From Octopus bimaculoides (taxonomy: Eukaryota): 64,000 bases of DNA. Every line of letters starts with the position of its first letter. Within the stretch, counting starts at the first letter, position 1. The position numbers and the translations under genes are program-made. Positions 13,248 through 27,746 of this stretch are shown here, in pieces. Location of the stretch: the NCBI RefSeq assembly GCF_001194135.2, contig NC_068998.1, positions 11,893,164 to 11,957,163 on the forward strand, read 5' to 3'. The notes beneath the pieces are model-generated. The model searched no databases. It was not told where the DNA came from and saw nothing but the letters and a program-made list of their open reading frames with translations.

Positions 13248-13947
13248 ACTGTTTTACCTTCTACTCTTCCACATCTTAGTTCAGTAATCTTATTCTTATT
13301 CTTCAGCTTTACTTTCACCTCAATTTTTCCTTCCACCTTACCTACATACACTTTTCCTCTTTTCTTCTCCATCTCTCACCCAGTTTTTTTCTCTCCAGCT
13401 ACTTCCTGTCTAAAGTATGCAAGCTCACTTATCTGTTCCCTATCAACTGCAGCCAACTACTCAAACACAGAGGATGCAAAACTCTGCTGTCTTTCTTTTA
13501 TTTGCCTCCTCTCTACTTTACTCTGGAAGAGGACTCTGTCCAAAATGTTGGATATGGCACTCATCACAGAAATTTCACTCCACTTTTTTTCTAGACTAAT
13601 ATATGTCTTATTGAGGCAGATCACCATCAGTGTCCTTCGATTTTGTTATATCTAATATCTGTGTGCGTGTATATATATGTGTGTGTGTGTATATCATCAT
13701 CATTTGACGTACACTTTTCTATGCTTGCGTGGATCACATGTAATTTGTTGAGGCAGATTTTCTACAGTTGAATGCCCTTCCTGTCATCAACCCTCACCTG
13801 TTTCCAAGTAATATTTTCCCATAGCTAGACACATTTTCTGTGGGTGACTGGAAACAATCAACCATGCCTGTATGATGATGGTACTCATTTACAACCATCG
13901 CATATCTAGGAAAGGGAACACACAAATATATGTGTGTGAATTTTCAC

Positions 13948-13989
<42 letters not shown>

Positions 13990-14083
13990 GTATNNNNNNN
14001 NNNNNNNNNNNNNNNNNNNNNNNNNNNNNNNNNNNNNNNNNNNNNNNNNNNNNNNNNNNNNNNNNNNNNNNNNNNNNNNNNNN

Positions 14084-14119
<36 letters not shown>

Positions 14120-15274
14120 TAATGCCTCAATATGAGTTAATATGTTCCCAGACACTGCTCATAAAGCAAAACCTTGTAAACAGAAAATAAAACTCGTAAA
14201 AGCTCACAAACCCGAGGTCTCATAAAGTAGGTCCTCAAAAACTGAGAAGTATTACTGTGTGTGTGTGTGTGTAGACAGACAGACAGATAGACACACACAC
14301 ACATCAAGCTTCTTTCATTTTCCATCCACTAAATTCATTCTTAAGGGTTTGGTTGGCCTGGGGCTACAGAAGATATTTGTCCAAGGTGAACACAGTGGGA
14401 CTGAACAAAGATCACATAGTTGGGAAGTAACTTTTTTCAACCACACAGCCATGTATATAAATATATGTAGATATATATATATATGTATGTACAGGTATGT
14501 ATACAAGATACTCTTCCCGCTGTTAACCCTTTCCTGTTTTTCAAGTAACAAGATTTTAATCCTACTTGTCAAAAGCACAGAGTTACGGTCAATTTGTTGA
14601 CATGGAATTGTCAACATAATGTCACCACTTTTACTTGAGCGAATATGAGTGAAGACATTGCAGAATGCAAATATTCACACAAGCACTCACACGCGCATGC
14701 ATGTACATACAAACACCCACAGTGAGTGTACACACACATACAAAAGTAAATATACCTATATACATATATGCACACACACACATGCATTATGAATGTATGT
14801 ATCACCTTCATAATCAATACCACCGTTATTACACCAACTCTCTGTTCATTATCATATCATTGACTGATTATCTACATCACTTTTGTTTTTCAATGATATT
14901 TCTTTTTATACATTAATATTAACTATTAACTAACACTAACACCCATCAAGTTTCTCTTCCCTTTGGACTAGCTGACACTCGTCAACCTCCCTATCTTCAT
15001 GTATAATCCATACATTTTCTGAATATATATTTCCAAGCTAGCATGGGTTACATATACACTCACACAAAATAACAAACAGATAGTAAAATATAATTGACAT
15101 AATATATTGTGTATATGATATATATATATATATGTGCATGTGTAAAATACATGAACATTATATGCAATTATGTATCATAGATAAACTAGCAATGGCACCT
15201 GGTATTTCCTTGTGGTGGGGGTGTTAATGTTTATATACACATATACATATTATGGGCTCTCCAGTTGTAGATGA

Positions 15275-15552
15275 TAGATGAGTTCCGCAATTTCTTGCTC
15301 AACAACTTGCACACACGATTTGTTTATAGTGATCAAATGTTTGTGCTGTACATTAGCCCACTCCCTCTGTCAAATCGACATTACCTATACAGGTGCATGG
15401 TGTGCCACAAGTCAGATGTCGAAGTGATCACAGAGCAATGTGTAATGATGTATTTTACTGAAGAACACAATGCACTGCCAGGTCCAGGAATTGTACCCAC
15501 AATCTAGTCATCATGTGTGCAACATCCTAACTACCAGGCCACGAGCCTTCAC
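15275..15552 (-). mobile_element. tRNA-derived SINE, family C
   Basis: Reverse complement of 47556-47830 (shares aaatcgacattacct.tacagg). Confidence 0.75.
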
Positions 15553-16277
15553 TCTCTCACTCTTTTTCTTCTCTCTCTTGCTATACACTCATACATGGAT
15601 GTACATACAATCACATGCATGTATGTATCATTAAAATCATTGGGTCAGACAGAATTCATTGAGGCAGGTTTTCTACTAATGAATGCCTTTCCTGTTGCAA
15701 ACCCTCAACTGTTTCTATAGTAAAATTTTCCCAATGACCAAACTGTTTTAGGCAAAAAACTGAAAATAAGGGGCACCACTTTTATGACTGTGGCATTCAT
15801 CTATAATCGAATCATCACATAATTCAAGACATAGTGGGACATCTCGTCTTCACCCACAAATGTGTGTGCGTGTACATGCATGTCTGTGTGTGTATGAAGG
15901 CACATGGCTCAATGTTTAGAGCATTGGGTTCACAATCATTCCCAGACCATGCTATGTGTTGTGATTTTGAGCAAGACACTTGCACACACCCACATCTCAG
16001 AACTGTGTTACAATAGTCTCCAAATAAATTTTATCACATCAAGTTTCATAAGCTTTTCACCTAGTGTTGGGCTATCTACCACTGAGACGACTTGCATTCT
16101 TTTGTTGTTGCCACTACTAGAATCTTCAGGCCATATGGACAGAATAGACCGTAGACATGGTCAGACTTCTTCCAGTCTGCATTCCATACAGGCTATCACA
16201 ATTCGAAATGCAGAGTGTAAACCCTGCAGAATCATGAAGTTCACTCTTCAAATTTACCCAATGGGAAAAATATTTAC

Positions 16278-16362
16278 CTGCTTTATATCCTCCAGAATAC
16301 ATAGAGTCCATATTTGTGGTTCCATTTTTGATTCCTTGACCAGCAACTGGCGGCGAGAACAT
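16278..16362 (-). CDS. TCF12/TCF4-like: E-protein exon (85 nt, phase 0 to 1): MFSPPVAGQGIKNGTTNMDSMYSGGYKA(G)
   Basis: Acceptor ctttttgttctttctcag|ATG, donor GCAG|gtaaat. Continues the motif LLDFSA|MFSPPV as in vertebrate TCF4/TCF12. Confidence 0.93.
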
Positions 16363-16387
16363 CTGAGAAAGAACAAAAAGATTCAGC

Positions 16388-16419
<32 letters not shown>
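16388..16419. repeat. (TTA)10 microsatellite 26 bp from the MFSPP exon acceptor
   Basis: Read directly from the sequence. Confidence 0.95.
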
Positions 16420-16422
<3 letters not shown>

Positions 16423-16629
16423 TATCAATAATTTCAATATAACCTGTATAGAATATAAGCAAAATAGTAAATACAATCGGTGTAGAAAGATAAAGATGCG
16501 AAACCATCTACATATAAATGAATTAATGAAACAATTGCCGAATCAAGAGACAGAATCTGCCAATTCTTTTGTGTCAAAGATTTGAATGTCTTATGTAACA
16601 CTGAAGATAATACTATCCCAAGTGGAACC

Positions 16630-17640
16630 AATTGAAAGGTAAACTACTGAGGTCAGCTTCGGTATGGTTAATGAGGCTACAAAAAAACCCAAAATAACCC
16701 CCAAAAAAACCTGAAGGATAGGAAAGCAGCAAGTTCAATATCATCAGGAATAATTGTTAAAATTCTGAAAGCAGCAGGATATGTGTGGCACACACACACT
16801 CTAGTTGATCATGTAGGGCACACTTGAAAGTTAGTTGATAGATAAAAGCACTGTCAATAGGTGCAGAGGCAAAAGTGCATTGGAAAGAGGTCCAAAAATG
16901 ATGTGCGAAGTCAAAAGTACCCGATAATAGCTTTAGTAAATTTAGTTCAGGGCTTAAGATTAGTTTAGATAATATAGTTTTAGTTTGTGCAATGACTGCA
17001 ACAAACTGTAGGCAAAAAACAAGCCACTCAGTTAAGCATTCAACCCAGAGGCCTTCACTCCACAGTCTCTATAGGAGAAAAGAAACTGGGTAAAAATGGC
17101 TAGTGAGAATAACAAACAACATGTAAAGAGTACTTTTAGCAATATTACAGTTGGCAGTGAGTTCACTGACAATTTTGTGTACAGGTAAACGTTCAGTAGG
17201 GTTCTGTACTGAAGCACCCTTCTATTAATCATTGTTCTTGTGGTCACAACCAGTGGCTGTTCTTTAGAACTTTTGTATGCTGATTGTTTGACTCTCAAAG
17301 CAGTTCTAAAGAGTTGCAGAAAATTTAAAACCTAGAAGCATAGTCAACAGACCTGAAGGGTTAACATGTGAAAGACCAAAATGGTGGTAAATGAGACTAT
17401 GAAATGCTAATGCCTCAAACAGTAGTTGGAATGCTCATGAAATGAAGTCAGTAGACATAGTCAATAGTTTCTGCTACTCAGGTGGTTTATATAGTGCTGG
17501 AGGTGTTTTAACAGAGTAAAATAAGGGATGAAAAAAAATTTAGAAAACTGTTGTTACTGTTGGCAACAAAAGGTTATGGAAAGCAGTCTGTAGGAATCAT
17601 GTGTAAAAGATATAATGCTAAATGGAAAAGCTAGTGTTAT
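16630..17640 (+). mobile_element. Degenerate RTE-clade LINE ORF2 (reverse transcriptase) fragment
   Basis: Broken frames give RKAASSISSGIIVKILKAAG, SALERG, QGSVL-like, GCSLELLYAD (YADD-like), DIVNSFCY and LLLLATKG, matching RTE RT motifs, with many stops. Confidence 0.75.
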
Positions 17641-18797
17641 GATGAAGACAATTGATATAAGATAGCAATCTATACAATAGTATGTTCCTACCTACCTTCT
17701 TTGTAAACACTAAGAGAAGTAACTCAAATAAAGTAAAGCAGCTGGTAGTTATAGTAATGATAGTGGAAGGGATACTGGCAGAGATCTAATAGTAGAATGA
17801 ATGAAAGAGGAAGAGAGAAAGAAGGGGAAGGTGGAAATAGTTGAATTAATGAAGAAATAGCAAGAGAAAACATGAGAGAAATAGAGAATGGAGAGAGAAA
17901 GCGAATAAGACTGAGGATTCTAAGATGTGAAGGTTTGAGTAAAAGTGCTGAAGTATTATACATACACGAGAAAAAGGGTGAAAGTGATGTGGAGAGAGAT
18001 TGAAAGAGAGAGAGAAGGAAGACTATCAGGACACAGCAATATTTGTGAGATCTGTACATCTCTTAGTCCCTCTCCCTCTCTCAGCATGTGTTTGAAGTGC
18101 TTTTGAATTATATCTTGGTACATAAAATAATGTCATCTTTAGTTGAAAGTAATCCTTCACCACACACTGAATTGTGCATTGAAGAGTATTTACATTCAGA
18201 ATAAAGCACATAAACATGGTTAAAGTATAACTCTACTTTTCAGCACCATACCAACATTCGGAAAAGGGAACCAAAAGCAAATCAGAAGCAGTTGTCTTCG
18301 TTATTACAAAAGTGATACCTGAAGAAACTCAAACTTGTAACAAGTAAATTTTCCATCATATTTATAATTTCATTGCTTATTGAACTGCTAAAATTTTGTA
18401 TGTTCCTATTCTGCATCCCATCCATATCTCACTTTCTCTAATATATTTGATGTGTCATATGTACTAGATAAAGCTTGCCTTTTCCCTACCTTTTGTATTA
18501 GTATTCTATTTATTATTTTTAATTTTTCTTTTTGTTTGGAAGAAGTACCTTTTCAATTTTGAAGTGTTTTTTTTTTTTAACAGGTCTAGTCAAAAGCTTG
18601 TAACAACCTATTAACTTTTAATGTCTTGCAGTACTTTCAACATAATTAATTCCAATCCAATTAGGAACAAAAGATGTTAATGAAATGCAAATAGTTGAGC
18701 ATAAAATTCATAAAATTATAACTATTGCATGAATTTGGATGAAATTTACTGATACAAAATAATGATTGTTGGTAGACATTGTAACTGTGGCTTTTAC

Positions 18798-18824
18798 CTG
18801 TTGCTGATTATTACCTGTTGTCAT
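18798..18824 (-). CDS. Candidate alternative N-terminal coding segment MTTGNNQQQ, splicing in frame to the MFSPP exon
   Basis: ATG at 18824, donor CAG|gtaaaa (phase 0). No homology support. Confidence 0.35.
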
Positions 18825-21800
18825 GCCATTTTCATTTGCCCAAGTAGGTTGAATACAGTTAAGTTGATGGCATATAAATGTTTTCAAACATATCTACTAG
18901 ATATTGATTCCTGAGTATCAATTTCCTGTCTTAGCGTTCAATTTATGCTCATCTCTGTAACTTGGAAGCTGCAGAACTCTCATTAGAATAGGAATTGTGA
19001 GATATGTCTTCATCTCCTCCAAAGGTGTTGTAAGGCCTAACAAATTAGTGTCATTTACTCGTATTACCATAATTATGCTCTCCTTGTCAACCCAATCCTT
19101 ACTAATGAAAACAACTGATGCAATAACAACAATGTGGTAACTCCACTCCTATTCAGAATTGATAAATCCTAACTGAAATATCATTCTATTTATTTTCTCC
19201 AAGTCTAAGTTTTCTGTCTCTAATCATTAATAAATAAACAATAAATAAATCATTAATAAAATATCACTGAATTATAATTCATCACTTGAGGTATTCATTT
19301 GCTCAAAACAATCCAGAGAAATTCACTTCATAATCCCCTATTTCCCAAAGAGCATATAGGGTGCAAACAGGAATTCTTTGAAGTTCTTCCTGAAACAAAG
19401 CTAAACATTGTTTCTTACACAGAAGAATGCTTAGTTTCAATTTTGACCCCCAAAGAATAACACTATTTGAACTGTGATTATTTGCAGTTTGGGGTTTGGT
19501 AACTGTTGTGGATACTTGCCATATTGAACATTAAGAGTTAAGATACTTTAGCTAATATCAAAACTATTAAATGCTACAAAACTAGTGTTGCTCTGGATTT
19601 GTTGAATCCTATTTCCCTTGACAAACCAAAAGATAATTTGGATAACATTTTGATTTCAGAAAAGATTTCAGAAAACAAAGGAACTGGAAATATTTTCTAC
19701 ATCAGCTATTCTTGAACTTCAAATGACATCACTAAATATTTTATTCACGACAAGAACATCAAGTCTTACAGAATGTTAATATAATATTCAAAAATATGTA
19801 ATACTGTCACTGCTTAAATATTTAGATGTGACAGTATTACACTAGAATAGTACCATTTATCTTTCATATATAGCAGACTATAATGAAAGTGAGGCAGCAA
19901 TTCAGAGGACAGAAACACAAAATAAATAAATAAATAAAAAAAACTCAAAATACAATCAGCAGAGTCTTCTTAATGAAAATAACTATATATCAAAAATATT
20001 TTTTAAATAAGAAATTGATGAATTAAACTGAGCAAACTAATATCTATATAAGACTAAATCACTAATGAATACATCAGTTAATTTAACATTTCATTCAGAT
20101 AATTAGATTAATAGCATCAGAAATAAAAGGTCAAGAAAAAAGTCATAGGCAGATTAATAATATCATTAACAAGAATAGAATTAGATGATTTCTGAAAGAA
20201 AGAAAAACATCATCTGATTTTATTCCTGCATCATTAATCGTTTCAAAATATATTAAAGGAAGATTGAAAATATAATTTGAAGTAATATAAAGATTGTTAC
20301 AGAGCCCTAGTAAATGATTAAAAATTTTCTTTTTTTTTTTTGTTTTAGATAATAATGATCCATTTTCAATTAAATAGAAAAATTAAAACAAGGAATTGTA
20401 ATAAATTATACATACATATATACATACATATATGTTTAAGTGTTATGAAAATGCTAAATAAATAAATGATCATTACAAGCAAGTCAATTCAGCCAAAATG
20501 AACAAAACAGAAATCAATCAACCATTGTCAAATAAAATGTCATGTTCTTTTAATACTTTTTTTTTTTTTTTTAAGGTGGCAGACTGGCAGAATCATTAAC
20601 ATGACAAACAAAATGCTAAGCAGCATTTCTTCTAACTCATTACATTCTGAGTTCAAATTTCACCGAGGTCAACTCTGCCTTTCGTCCTTTCAGGGTCAAT
20701 AAAATAAGCACCAGTTGAGCACTGTGGTCTATATATTAGGCGAGTTCTTTCCCACCAATATTCAAGCCTGGTGCCTATAGTAGAAAGGATTATCATTATC
20801 ATCATCATCATCATCATTATTGTTGTTGTTGTTGTTATTATTAATGTGGAGATCTGGCACAACCATTCACCACCTTAGTAGTTCTACCAGTTCACCCGAC
20901 AAAATAGTTAATGGTATTTTGTCTATCTTTACATTCTGAGTTCAAATCCCACCAAAGCCAACTTTGCCTTTCATCCTTTTGGAGTCAATAAATAAGTATC
21001 AGTCAAGCACTAGGGGTCAATGATGTCCACTTAAACCTTCCCCCATGATTTCAGGCCTTGTGCATATAGTATACAGATTATTATTATTATTATAATAATA
21101 TTAAGTTCAAATTCCACCTTAGTCAATGTTGTTTTTCATCCCTCAGGGGTTGATAAAATATAGTAGCAATTAAGTATTTGGGATCAACTTAATTGATTTA
21201 AACTTTCCCTTAAAACTGCTGACCTTGGGCTTAAATCAGAAATAATTATTTATTTCATTTTGAGACAGAATCATATCACTGCAGAATATTAAAAAACATT
21301 GTCTCTTTCTAGTAAATACTTTGAAATAGTCTTTTACAAATATAATAATTATATCATTTAGATGAAGGAAAGGTACTAAATATAATAAAGCCTTATAAAC
21401 ACTAATTATAATGGCAAAATGAGCCCAAATCTCACAAAAGAACAATTCACATTTTTAAGCTTTGACTTCAAAATCCTCAGTGAAACTCATAAAAGCACTT
21501 CTAAAATTGTCATTTTTTCTTTGTTGTGTCTTTTAAATTCTCAAAAGGATAAAATCTAAATTTCATTAGCTCCCTTCAAATCTAAACATATGAGAAACGC
21601 AAGTAGTGCAGCGGGTGCATGTGCATAAATGTATACACATGTAAAATGAGCACAACAACAACAACAACCAGACAGTTGCACAACTACTGCATTGTTAACA
21701 AAGATGAGAGAAAAGACAAACTTATTTTCATATCCAAAATACATCCAGCTAATGTCATAAACAGCTCTGCAAAAGTTATCGTTTTTCTATTAGCTGTTTC

Positions 21801-22450
21801 TACAGTAGTCTTCTAAGTAACATTATCTTGAACACATGTTTAGAGGCTGGCCTTTCTTTTTAAGACATGCAAATTTTTATACCAGAATATATTAAGAATT
21901 TTGTGACATTATTCCAGAGCAAGAAATAAAAATAAAGAATAGGAGCAACTTGATCGAACTTTCTGTTCCCAACTCACTTTCAAATTACTTATTGATCTTG
22001 ACAGATAAGTAGAACAAAAAGGAAATAGTTTTCTATAAGAAACTCAAAAACTCAATAGTGTGAAAGCACTAGATTAATTTGCTTTATATATATATATATA
22101 TATAAAATTATAGTTTTGATTTTCAGAAGGAAAAAATACATACAAATACAAAAAAAATCTCATAAGTACAATACATTTGTAATAAGTAAAATAAAATGCC
22201 AGAAATATTGTGTTAGGAAAAAAAAGGTACAATTTGTACTTGCATGTACACAAATAACATACATGCAGCTTGTGAGACCAATGACCAAGCCATTTTATCT
22301 TTTTGCAGTGATTTCCTGCAATATTCACTGATTTCAAATACAGAAAAAGACAGATTTATTTTTGAGAAAATTTAATTGAAAATATAGTAAATCTGAATTC
22401 CATATGAAATTAAGATTTACAATCTTTTATGGATTTTATCAGTTTCAATT

Positions 22451-22489
<39 letters not shown>

Positions 22490-23334
22490 TTGTTTTTACT
22501 TGTTTGCATGGCTGTCATGCATGGTTTGGTTGGACTGTTTAAATGGAATGCTAACCACTAAACATTACAGCAAACTAAAGTTGATATCTAGCACCTTAAT
22601 ATCAGAACATCAAAGTTGTGTATGTGATTAAAAAAAAAAAAAGATTTATATATCTAATACTGAAGTATAAATCTCATCACTTAAAGCTCCTTCTTACCCC
22701 TAGCCATACATACTTTCCTTCTAGTTGCAAAACCTAACTCTTTAATATCCTCATATTTCACTGCTTTATTTTATTTTACTTTTTTTTCCTAGGATAATCA
22801 TGTCATGAAGTGTCACTTATACATCAGTATTTCAAGACTTTCACATTCCAATCTGACAAAGGAGAGACTAGTAAATACTTGCTGTTAAAACAATGTATTT
22901 ATTTGAATTTAGTAAATATGGAACTACACTTTGAAGCAAATTCAAAGTATGATATAATATGGAAAAGATCCTAAAATTAGTTGGGGGTGACCAGCCTGAA
23001 GTGAATGTTATTGAATCTCCAAAACAACAGTAACAAAAAGAGTTTATGAAAGTCATGATAGTCGTAGTGGTAGTAATAATAGTAATAGTCAACCTGTAGA
23101 ATAGCAAAAAAACATTAATAGCTTTATTGCATTCAATAAAGAGAGACCGTAACACAAACCAAGTAACAAATGATATTTCATAACTTATACAAAAGGAGTT
23201 TAAATGTTAATTGAAATAAGAAGTGAAAAAATATCTAAACAATTTAAAATTCACAAATTAAAAAAACATTACATTTCTGACTCAGAGTTTATCAATATGC
23301 ACTGCTTTCCAACTTGTATATATATATATATATA

Positions 23335-23424
23335 TTAACGTCCGCTTTCCATGCTAGCATGGGTTGGACGATTTGACTGAGGACTGGTGAAACCGGATGG
23401 CAACACCAGGCTCCAATCTAATTT
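23335..23424 (-). mobile_element. 5'-truncated copy of the RTE-like 3' end beside an assembly gap
   Basis: Near-identical reverse complement of 209-297. Confidence 0.85.
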
Positions 23425-26400
23425 AGAAACTCTGCCAAATTAGANNNNNNNNNNNNNNNNNNNNNNNNNNNNNNNNNNNNNNNNNNNNNNNNNNNNNNNN
23501 NNNNNNNNNNNNNNNNNNNNNNNNNNNNNNNNNNNNNNNNNNNNNNNNNNNNNNNNNNNNNNNNNNNNNNNNNNNNNNNNNNNNNNNNNNNNNNNNNNNN
23601 NNNNNNNNNNNNNNNNNNNNNNNNNNNNNNNNNNNNNNNNNNNNNNNNNNNNNNNNNNNNNNNNNNNNNNNNNNNNNNNNNNNNNNNNNNNNNNNNNNNN
23701 NNNNNNNNNNNNNNNNNNNNNNNNNNNNNTATATACACACACACACACACAAACACACACAGATATTTAAGACACTAAGAGTGTAATCATAAACAAAGCT
23801 ACAACTAGTTAAAACATACATTTGGCTGTTATGTAGTGGGGGCTCACATTAACAAGAATTATTTTCCATAATGAAATTTAGAGTCTAAACAACTTATTTC
23901 AAGGAGAATTTATTTCCAAATTTTTGACATTGATTATTTCATCTAACCATAGCAAATAGGACAGTTATGTAAACTTGGACAGGATATTTCAATGGAATTT
24001 TACATCACCATTCTTGAATAAAATAATTGTAATAAAGTGCCTCTACCTCAGATCATAATACTGTCTCTAGCAAGAATTTGATTTATGTTTAAAATTTCAA
24101 CCCCCAAAGTCAATCACATTTGAAGGGAAAATATCTTTGTAGTCAAAATGACTGAAATACTCTCTGACTAAACTAAATAAGATTACATTTATTTTACTAT
24201 ATAAAACACCCAGTTGGAATAATGGTAATATGAAATGGGATCAAATGTAATATTTGATACATTTGCGTTCAATTCAATTGAACTGCATGTGGCATTTCAT
24301 CTACCTTCCTTGAGACTTTTAAGTCAAGAAATTTAAGACATTCTTTGGCAGAATAAAGTTTTGGCAACCAGTTCAGAGACCAGGAGGAAATAAATAAATG
24401 ATGAGTAAAATGCAATTCAAACCTCAGAATCTATTTAAAAGACTATAAAAACAACAGAACACAATCAATTTTAAAAGCATTGATGTTTTTAGTGGATTGG
24501 AAAGAAAATTTTCTGGAAATTTACCTGTGAAATATGACTGCCTGGTCTGCTGAGTGGAAGCTATGCCATGAAAAGAAATTGTAGAGAATGTCTTTCAAGA
24601 TTCTGAATAATACTGAAGCAAATAACATATATTCCATTTTTCTTTATTGTGCCAATATTTTTTTCAAAAAGCTTAATTATGATAATTAATAACAGCTTTC
24701 CATTTTTAATTGCATAATTTACTAAACTTCAAAAAGCTCCATTGCCATTCATGAAAGATCATTTTAGGATGAAAATGGCAAATAAATATTGATCTCAGTA
24801 TAGAACTATGCCCAAACCCAGTATTATGTGTATCATTAATTAACATAAAAACTATATATATTATTATGTATAACACATGTTCCCTAGTTATGAATGAAAA
24901 TATGGTAAGTTTCCACTACAAACTATTCTGAATAATTTGAACAACTGTATTTATTTAAAACACTACTAAAGAACTCCCCTGAAAATAGTTTAGGTATCCC
25001 TAATATTACTGAAAGGCAAGGATATCAAATATTTTTTAAAAAGATCATTTTTATACCTGCTCCCTTTATTATAGAGTTTAATATTTTTGAGAGAGATATT
25101 TGTTTTATATCAACAACATCTGACATTTGGCTGCCTTTAGCAGAGTTTATTCTAATGCAAGCATTCAAGCTAGGTCTCAAGTACGAGGATATTTTCCTTC
25201 CACCAGTCACAGAGCCCCTAAAAAGAGCCATGAGCATTGCACTTTGTCCTTTAACTAAGCTATTGAAAAAGATTATTTTAAGATAAACATGTCACAAAAG
25301 TTAATCCTATAAACCCCTTTTATTATATTCTCCACATTGATTAAAAAAAACAAACAACCTATCCAACAAACCTGTCATCAGACAGTCAGGGGAAACAATC
25401 TACATACAATATCTCACTAAATGCTTGATGTGTTTTCAAATAATCTAACAAATTAATATAGAAATATTTATTTAATGCCACATGAACAATCACTTTAGCA
25501 CATGCAATTTATATTCCAAACTCAATTTTCAAAGCCTCATTTAACAGAGATCTTGATTTATTCACTCAAGTCTATTGACTTTTTTTCATCATCTTCACTG
25601 AGTCAGGTGAAATATGAACTTGCATATCTTCACCATTCCTACAACTTACCTAACAGACTAGGACTTAGAAATCATTAACAAAGACTTCCAGCTTCTTTCA
25701 CAAAGAGTTTTCCTCCCTAACTCACCAAAATATGTCCAAAGCTTCACTGTGCTATCAACTTGTTGACCATCTATTATAAAAACAAAACAGCAAAAAAAAA
25801 AGAAAAAAAAACTAATCCATTCTCTTGGCAATTTCATTATTTGTAGTCTTTCTTGGTTCATTCATCTCATTCAGACCAGGCAGCTGTAGAGGCCAGAGCA
25901 TTTAATCATTTATATATCCATACAACATAGTTAATCCTATAAGACATAACAGAGAAATGTGAAAGACAGTTTTCCAAACAGAAAGTATAGTTCAATTTCT
26001 AGACATGATTGAAGCTTATGATATAGTGATCAGATTAATAGAGTGCAACATTGCCTAAAATTTCATCCATATACTCAGCTAAACCCAAAATATTTCCCTG
26101 GGCAAGTGTCCTCTACTATAGCTTCCGGCTGACCAAAGCTTTGTGAGCAGATTTGGTTGAAAGAAACTGAAAGAATCCTGCTGTATATGTGTGTGTACGT
26201 GTGTGTGTGTGTGTGTCTTTGTGTCTGTTTGTCCCCCACCACTGCTTGACAATTGGTGTTGGTGTGTTTATGTCCCCATAACTTAGCAGTTTGTCAAAAG
26301 AGACTGATAAGTATTAGTCACAAAAAAAAAACGATTGAGGTTGATCCATTTGACTAAAAATTCTTCAAGGTGGTGTCCCAACAAGGCCATAGTCTAATGA

Positions 26401-27704
26401 CTGAAACAAGCAAACAGTTTTTTTTTATATATTGTAAAAAGATATCTTTTACCCTTTAAATGTTATGAAAACCCTTCCACACTAAATGTTTAAGCACTTG
26501 GAAGTTTACATTGGAATTCCTGAAATGAGGACCAGTTCCCTCATTTTGGCCATTGTACTCTAATGGCCTTTAGTAAAGTTCTCAGAACTTTAAACTGAAC
26601 CTTCAATTAAATGCTTAAGAGTGGAATGTTCTCGTTACATTATCCATACCAAGGATATTCTTGTATTGGTTATTCTTCTATTTCCATTTCAACCAGAGAG
26701 TATATTTAGATTGACTGACCCAGACTACCAAACTCACATTCACTAGGTAAAAATGTAACACTTAATCAAAGTTCATATCCACTATCCTATAATCCCATAG
26801 GGTAATTTAGTGATGGAAATTAGAGAGGCTTTTTAAATCTAACCTTTTTTAATGGTTGTAAACTGAACTATATTTTTTCTTGAAAAAATTTTTAAAAAAA
26901 ACAAAAAAAAAACAGCATATGATAATCTCCCAAGTAGAAATAGCACAGAGATGAACAGGATATTTCAATGGAATAATCGAGAGAAAAAGTTAGGTTTAAA
27001 AGCTCCAAATTTCCATTATTTGATAAGGACAAACAAATTTCCGTGATTTGATAGGGACAACAAAGTGAATATAAGAGTTAAAGTATTTTAGTTTACCTAG
27101 TAGACATAAAAGTTCAAGCAGAACAGGTAAATGGCATCACAAGTAGAGTAACTAATATGAGAATGTTCTTGGAAATGGACAATGGAATAACAACAATCTA
27201 CCCCTGTTGATTTAACAAAGAATTCTGTTCAAAATTCCAAGAATGTTACTAACTAAAAGTACCATTTGAAGAAGGCTGGAGGGTACAACGGCCAAAACAT
27301 TGTAACTATAACAACCAAGATGAAGAACACTAATCCAAATATATCAATGTATAATAATCACTTGAGAGGTAAATATGATCAAATAAAGGGAAGGTAAAGG
27401 ATGGTGTTATTTTCAAAATGAAAACTGAAACTACAACAGTAGTTATGGTGGGGCTATTTTTCAGTAAATATACTTTTTAGTTTTTCACTAATAGTGTTAT
27501 GTGAGTTGGATGGAATCGGAGATGAGTCTTTTTTTTCTTTTACAAAAGGAAGGAGAGGATTTATCTATTTGATTATTATTTTCTATTGTGTGTGCACCCA
27601 TGGATATATACATATATATANNNNNNNNNNNNNNNNNNNNNNNNNNNNNNNNNNNNNNNNNNNNNNNNNNNNNNNNNNNNNNNNNNNNNNNNNNNNNNNN
27701 NNNN

Positions 27705-27746
<42 letters not shown>

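Noticed and set aside
15904-16431. Longest ungapped ORF in the track (175 aa, plus strand)
   Set aside because: Antisense to the real MFSPP exon and partly built from SINE and (ATT)n sequence; no domain.
23425-23444. Orientation flip of the RTE tail (tctaattt agaaactctgcc aaattaga) suggesting twin priming
   Set aside because: It sits at a contig end next to Ns and re-reads the same bases, so a chimeric foldback read is more likely.
25057-25217. ORF-track frame GSVTGGRKISSYLRP...KGAG as an exon
   Set aside because: Its phase-2 start does not fit the strong neighbouring donors, and it shares ctctgctaaaggca[ag]ccaa with about 58067, which suggests a repeat relic.
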